This document shows, piece by piece, positions 59,047 to 64,000 of a stretch of DNA of 64,000 bases. The DNA is taken from positions 18,854-82,853 of the forward strand of contig CALJAM010000005.1 in NCBI GenBank assembly GCA_938027685.1, given 5' to 3'. Within the stretch, counting starts at the first letter, position 1. Each line of letters opens with the position of its first letter. The notes under the pieces are model-generated. The model worked only from the letters and a program-made list of their open reading frames with translations, did not search any database and was not told where the DNA came from. The DNA comes from an uncultured Bryobacteraceae bacterium. GTDB taxonomy: Bacteria; Acidobacteriota; Terriglobia; Bryobacterales; Bryobacteraceae. The position numbers and the translations under genes were made by a program.

Positions 59047-62000
59047 CTAGCGCATCCATTTCGGATTCCAGAGCCGGGCGTGCAGCTCCGTCGTCAGGAA
59101 GGTGCGGAACGGCTCCAACCTCTCGCCGCCTCGCTTGCGGAGGTTAGCGACATAGAGCTCGGGTGCACGACCGCCGTTCACGATTCTGGTCGCGAGGCTC
59201 AGACCGCCGGCGAAATCATAGAAATCGTCATTGTCGGTCACGCCGTAGAGGTTCGTCGTGCGCGAATGAAGAACGATCTGGTTGCCCTCCAAGTGCCCGG
59301 CGAGCGCGCCGAAGACGGAGGCCCCCCACAACCGCTCACCATAGGCGAAGTTGTTGTGAGCCAGGTAGGCGTCGGCGAGCAGATCAGGGTTGCCCGCATC
59401 GCGGCTCTGTTTGACGAGGCCGGCAATGCCCGCGCCGTAGTCGCCCGGTTTGGGACCGAAGACGCGGGCGGCAGCCACGCGCTCGGCCGTTGCGGCGTCC
59501 AAACCCCGGCGGCGCAGAGCCTCGGTAACCCGGAGCGTGTTGCGCCTGAGCGCGTTCTCACCGGCTTGCTGCACCATGCGCGCGGCGCGATCGAGCAGCA
59601 GCATCTTGTCGGGAAAACCGTCGCGGTAGATTCCCGACACGGTGATGACGACGTCCACCCGCGGCCGCTTCAACTCCTCATCGGGAATGAGCCGCAGATC
59701 GTCGACCACGCCGCGGGAGTTCCAGCGCGGCTCGACGCCCATGAGATAAAGCGCCTGACACTCGAGTGCGCCCTGATGGCGAACGGTCTCGCCGTACCAA
59801 AGCACGACGCTGACCTTATCGGGGTAGCTTCCCGTTCGGCGCCGATGCTCTTCGAGAAGCTGGTCCGCCAGCCGACGGCCCACCTCGCAGGCAGCCGGCG
59901 TCGGGATCCATGAGGGATCCAGGTCGTGCAGGTTGCGGCCGCCGGGCAGGACTGCCGGCGCTCGCAGCGGGTCCCCCGAAGGGCCGCTCGGCTGGTATCG
60001 ACCGTCAAGGACGCGGATGAAGTTATCGAGTTCCAGAGCCGCGGAAGCTTGCAAATCCGCCAGCCAGCGCGCGCCCGCGCCCAGTTGAGTGGCCACTTTC
60101 TCGCGAAGCGGCCCGTTCCAGGCCGCGTCCAGCGCAGGTCGGGCGCCTTCCCAGAGCGAGCGCGCCCAACGATCGGGCGCATCGCGCAGCACCGAGAGCT
60201 CCTCGCGACTGAAGCCGGAGCGCAGAAAATGAGCGAGTGCTTCGATTTGGGTCGCCTCCGAGGGCGAACGCCCCAGCACGTGCAGCCCCATAGGGATGGG
60301 ATTGACTTCGATTTCGTCCAGAAACCGGCGGACCCGCTCAAGCGACTCCGCCCACCCGTCTCCGGCGAGGTCCAGCCCGAGCTGCTCGTCAAGACCCAGT
60401 TTGCGAATTTCCTCCCGCGCACGCTGCTCGTACTCGGCGAGCAACGCCGGCGCGCCCTCCGCCACCCTGTCGAGTTCGGCCAGCAGCTCACGCAACGGGC
60501 GGAACTCATCCTGCACGCCCGCGGCCGTGATGAGCGGCGTCAGGTGGCCGACGAGCGTGGCATGGCCGCGGCGTCGCGCAGTGGCAGACTCACCACCGCC
60601 GTCGATGATGTAGAAGTACGGCGCAGGCACGTCGCCGAGCAGCACTTCGGCGGCATCCCAGCCCGCCAGTCCCACGTTCTTGCCCGGCAGGAACTCCAGC
60701 GTCCCGTGTCTGCCCAAATGCACGATCGCATCGGCGCGAAAAACATGGCGCAGCCAGAGGTAGGCGGCCACGTAGCAGTGCGGCGGCGGCAGCGTCGTAT
60801 CGTGCTGCGTCTTGCCGGCAAGCTCCGGCGAGGAACGCAGTGGCTGCGGACCCAGGAAAACGTTGCCGAACCGCAAGCCGGGAAACACACAGAACGGCGC
60901 GCCGTCGCGCGAACGGATCGTCATCAAGCACGAGCGCTCGGGCGGACCCCAGTGCCGAAGCAGCGTTTCGCGAAACAGGGTCGGCGTCGCCGCCAGCCAC
61001 TCACGGTATTGCTTGATGGGAATGAGGACGGCGTGGCCGCGATTGACGACGGCCTCCAGCTCCCCCGGCGCCCATTGCTCGACGTTTCGGCCTGCCGTCT
61101 CGAGCAACGCCAGCAACTCGGATTCGCTAGGAATCCCTTCCGAAGTTTGGTAACCCTCGCGACGGAGACGCTCCAAAATGGCCACCAGACTTGCGGGCAC
61201 GTTCAGGTAACTAGCGCCTATGTTGCCCTTGCCCGGAGGGTTGTTGTAGTAAAGGATCGCGACGCGTTTCTCGCTGTTCGGCTTGCGTCGCAACGACACC
61301 CAGCGCGCCATGCGGCTCACCGCCGCCTCGATGCGTTCGGCAATCGGCGCCGAGACCCGCGCTCGCTTGTCCTCGGTGCGCTCGGTGGCGGCGAACGTAA
61401 TCGGTTCGGTGGCGCCGGCGCGCTCGGGTGCAGCCACCTGCATGCCGAGCTGGCCCGCCGCGAGGCCCTGCGGCGAGGCCGACCACTCCGCCGCACTCTG
61501 GCGCGTGATCATGAGGTTGATCACGTGCACGTCCAAACGGGCCAGGAATTCGGCGTCGACGGGGCGGGCGAAGCCGAAATTCAGAGCGAACACACCCTCG
61601 ACCAGGCAAGATCCGTCCCGGGTGAGAAACGGCTCGGCCACCGTGGGCGGCCAGCCGAACACAGGCAACGGCAGCATGCCCCGGCGCTCGAGGGCGGCGA
61701 TCAGAGCGTCAATGTGCGCGGTGTCGTGGTTTTTCAGATAAGTGTGGTAAATGAGGATGCCGATGATCGGCGCGTCGGAGGCCGGCTTCTTGCGATTTCG
61801 ATACCAAACAAGATACGCGTCCGTATCGAGGAAAGTTGCGGGGGTCTCCGGATGGTAGATGCCGGCGGTCGGCGCCGGCTCCGGCGGCAACACTTCGATG
61901 TCGCTGCGGCCGCCCAACCGCACGTATAGAAACGCCAGCAGGCGGGCCAGATTCTCCGCTCCCCCGTAAGTCCCGTACTCGACGGCGGCGTTCAGCAGCC

Positions 62001-62343
62001 CCTCATCCTGGCGCAAGCCGATTTGCCGTGTGGCCGGTTCCGGCCAGTGCGCCAGGATGCGCGCACCCCGCGCGATCGCGGCCTGAAACTGCGGGGCCAG
62101 ACGGGCCGCCGCCTCGCGCGTCATCAGATAGGTGCAGATGACATCGGCTTGGTCCCAACCCTCCGGGGGCGCTTCGAAGTCCCCATAGAGCAGGCGAATG
62201 CGGTTCGGCCCCCAGCGTTGCACGAAGCGCTGCTCGGCCTCCGGCAACGCCTGCGCCAGGCGCGTGAGCACGGTGATCCGCAACGGATCGGTCTGAGCAA
62301 CCAACACCGTCCAGGCCGCCGGAAGCAGCAGCAGCTTTTTCAT
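59047..62343 (-). CDS. CobN/HmuS-like chelatase, N-terminal 1098 codons, ends at an in-frame TAG
   Basis: The large CobN-type protein starts with a signal-like MKKLLLLPAAWTVLVAQ. It ends ...LWNPKWMR, inside the conserved CobN motif NPKW-IEG-xKRHGYKGA. Its ATG overlaps the upstream receptor stop (ATGA). Confidence 0.8.
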   Translation of the reverse strand: MKKLLLLPAAWTVLVAQTDPLRITVLTRLAQALPEAEQRFVQRWGPNRIRLLYGDFEAPPEGWDQADVICTYLMTREAAARLAPQFQAAIARGARILAHWPEPATRQIGLRQDEGLLNAAVEYGTYGGAENLARLLAFLYVRLGGRSDIEVLPPEPAPTAGIYHPETPATFLDTDAYLVWYRNRKKPASDAPIIGILIYHTYLKNHDTAHIDALIAALERRGMLPLPVFGWPPTVAEPFLTRDGSCLVEGVFALNFGFARPVDAEFLARLDVHVINLMITRQSAAEWSASPQGLAAGQLGMQVAAPERAGATEPITFAATERTEDKRARVSAPIAERIEAAVSRMARWVSLRRKPNSEKRVAILYYNNPPGKGNIGASYLNVPASLVAILERLRREGYQTSEGIPSESELLALLETAGRNVEQWAPGELEAVVNRGHAVLIPIKQYREWLAATPTLFRETLLRHWGPPERSCLMTIRSRDGAPFCVFPGLRFGNVFLGPQPLRSSPELAGKTQHDTTLPPPHCYVAAYLWLRHVFRADAIVHLGRHGTLEFLPGKNVGLAGWDAAEVLLGDVPAPYFYIIDGGGESATARRRGHATLVGHLTPLITAAGVQDEFRPLRELLAELDRVAEGAPALLAEYEQRAREEIRKLGLDEQLGLDLAGDGWAESLERVRRFLDEIEVNPIPMGLHVLGRSPSEATQIEALAHFLRSGFSREELSVLRDAPDRWARSLWEGARPALDAAWNGPLREKVATQLGAGARWLADLQASAALELDNFIRVLDGRYQPSGPSGDPLRAPAVLPGGRNLHDLDPSWIPTPAACEVGRRLADQLLEEHRRRTGSYPDKVSVVLWYGETVRHQGALECQALYLMGVEPRWNSRGVVDDLRLIPDEELKRPRVDVVITVSGIYRDGFPDKMLLLDRAARMVQQAGENALRRNTLRVTEALRRRGLDAATAERVAAARVFGPKPGDYGAGIAGLVKQSRDAGNPDLLADAYLAHNNFAYGERLWGASVFGALAGHLEGNQIVLHSRTTNLYGVTDNDDFYDFAGGLSLATRIVNGGRAPELYVANLRKRGGERLEPFRTFLTTELHARLWNPKWMR

Positions 62344-64000
62344 AGCCGGAAGCGCAAGCCCACGAACGCCATGCGACCGGGCGCTGGATAGTAACTGTAG
62401 TAAATTCGGTCAAGCAGATTATCGACGCTCGCGTATAAACTTATGCGGCGGGAAAGTTCAAGCGAAAAACTGGCATCCGCCACGAAAAACGGGTCGAAAG
62501 CGCCATACACTCCTTTGGTCGTATCCGTGTTGGTATCGGTGGAAAAGAGAGCCGAAACATAGCGGCCTGTGAGAGAGGCGCCCCAGCGCCTGCGGACCAA
62601 AAACAGATTGAGCCCGCCGGCGTGCTCGGGCACGTAAGGGATCCGCTTGCCCACCGTCGCGGGCGCAGCCGGGTTCGCCGTGATTTCAGCGAGCGTCCAG
62701 GTATAAGAGGCCCGCAGGTAAAGCCACGAGCGAAGCGGCGCTCGCACGGAGCTTTCGCGCCCGCGGCTATGCGCCCGCGCTGCATTGGCTACAGGACGGT
62801 AGCGCCCCTGCGGGTCCCGGTTCAGGTCGGTCGCACGATAAATCAGATCGCGCACCCGGTTGTCGAAGTATGCCGCGTCGTGTTCCAGCCCCCCTGCCAC
62901 CCACGGTTGGCTCCTAGTTCCCAGGCCGTCAACTTCTCGGGTTTCAGATCGGGATTGGACGCGAAGATTGTGCCTGCGGAGGAGCGCCACGTCCGGTAAA
63001 GATCGTTAGTGGTCGGATTCCGGTAGGCGTTGCCGAGACCGGCGCGCAAGGCCACGCCCAGAGGCGCCCGGTATAGCAAGGCCGCCTTCGCGGTAGGGGC
63101 GTGGTTCGAGCGGCGGTCATAGATGCTAGGGGCGGAAGAAACACTCATCTGGACGCCGCCTTCATACGTGCGCCAGTAATCGTAACGGCCGCCCCAGATC
63201 AGCAGCACGCGCTCGCCCGGACGCCACTGGTGCTGTGCGTAGATACCCTGCGTGAAGCTCTTGCCGCGCATCCAGTAAGTGACCGAAGCCGCCTCGCCGC
63301 GGCGGGTGTAATTGGGGACGGCGGTTTCCAAGGCCTGCGAAGCGTCCCGGCGCAGATCGGCGCCGGCCGTAAAGGTATGTTTGCCGCCTGCGTCCCGATC
63401 CCACTGCGCCTCGCCGAACCAGGCCCGCGCGGGACGGTCACTGATGGCGCCGGGGCCACCCGCCAGGGTAGCCGAGGGTCCGGGTGTCGAGTAATACGAC
63501 AGCGGCGTGCGGATCGTTCCTGCGCCCATTCGCAGTCGTTGTTCGGAGCTCAGCGCATGGAAGAGCTTTGCCGAAACCAGGTGTGAGCGTGTTCCCCCGT
63601 CGCCGGGCAAGAACAGACTGGGCGTTACAGTGACCCGCCGCACGATGCCGTCAGCGGCGATCGAAGCGACCCCCGAATCGAAAGGCCGCCCGTCGGGACT
63701 GCGCAAGTAAGTGGTGTAAGCGTCATAGCCGTCCCGGTGGGCCTGCCGTACATATTGCAGGGCGATCGTGGTCCCGCGACCAAAGGTATAATCGCCACGA
63801 AAACGCCACGCGGTCTGCTCCCACGAGTTATTGCCCGAGCGCCCTAGGATGAAAGTGCGCGTACCCGACGGGGTGAGGGTGGGTATGAAACCTGTAACTG
63901 GCGTGCCGCCCGTGCCCGGCGTTCCCGCGCTGGTGACCAACTGCGAGGGATAGCCTCCCGATTGCAAGCGCTCGTAAAAGGCGCTGACGCCCAGCCGCTC
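62340..64000 (-). pseudogene. TonB-dependent receptor, frameshifted; 5' end outside the window
   Basis: The upstream frame (62843..64000, open to the window edge) ends ...NPDLKPEKLTAWELGANRGWQGG. A different frame (62340..62990) continues LEHDAAYFDNRVRDLIY...GRMAFVGLRFRL, the C-terminal beta-barrel signature. The switch coincides with a C6 run at 62889-62894. Confidence 0.7.

Noticed and set aside
59926-61929. 667-aa plus-strand ORF
   Set aside because: It is antisense to the CobN-like gene, has a low-complexity R/A/G-rich translation, and shows no motifs. The same reasoning applies to 32244..33911, 13612..14814, 17185..18033, 19612..20418, 25317..26312, 28653..29735 and 49559..50965.

Overview
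High-GC, densely coding chromosomal segment with about 52 protein-coding genes on both strands. I recognised no rRNA, tRNA, CRISPR array, transposase or integrase. Two very large TonB-dependent receptors begin with a carboxypeptidase-regulatory-like domain, and many enzymes carry twin-arginine signals. This suggests an Acidobacteriota-like organism, but that is inference only.

Most of the window is housekeeping:
- glpK (partial)
- a two-gene SufC/SufBD module
- the rpoN-hpf-rapZ cluster
- the flbD-motA-motB stator operon
- lepB, gdhA, mutS, anmK and an ABC-F ATPase
- bshB1, a rhomboid protease and an MltD-like transglycosylase

Items worth follow-up:
1. An orphan CARF-HEPN protein (TIGR02710/Cas02710-like) with no cas genes or repeats nearby.
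2. A translationally coupled AAA_5 ATPase, TraB/DUF5682-like protein and GT87-like membrane protein operon.
3. Two mirror-image sigma-28-type promoters between flbD and a small unknown ORF.
4. A TonB-receptor to CobN/HmuS-like operon in which both genes are disrupted. The receptor has a frameshift at a C6 run. The chelatase has an in-frame TAG followed directly by ATG.
5. A short HipA-like kinase next to a divergent 69-aa ORF.
6. A bipolar acidic/lysine-rich histone-H1-like protein.
7. Two non-coding gaps of about 600 bp each flanking a sulfatase gene.

All functional calls come from motif recognition in the supplied translations. No database search was run.
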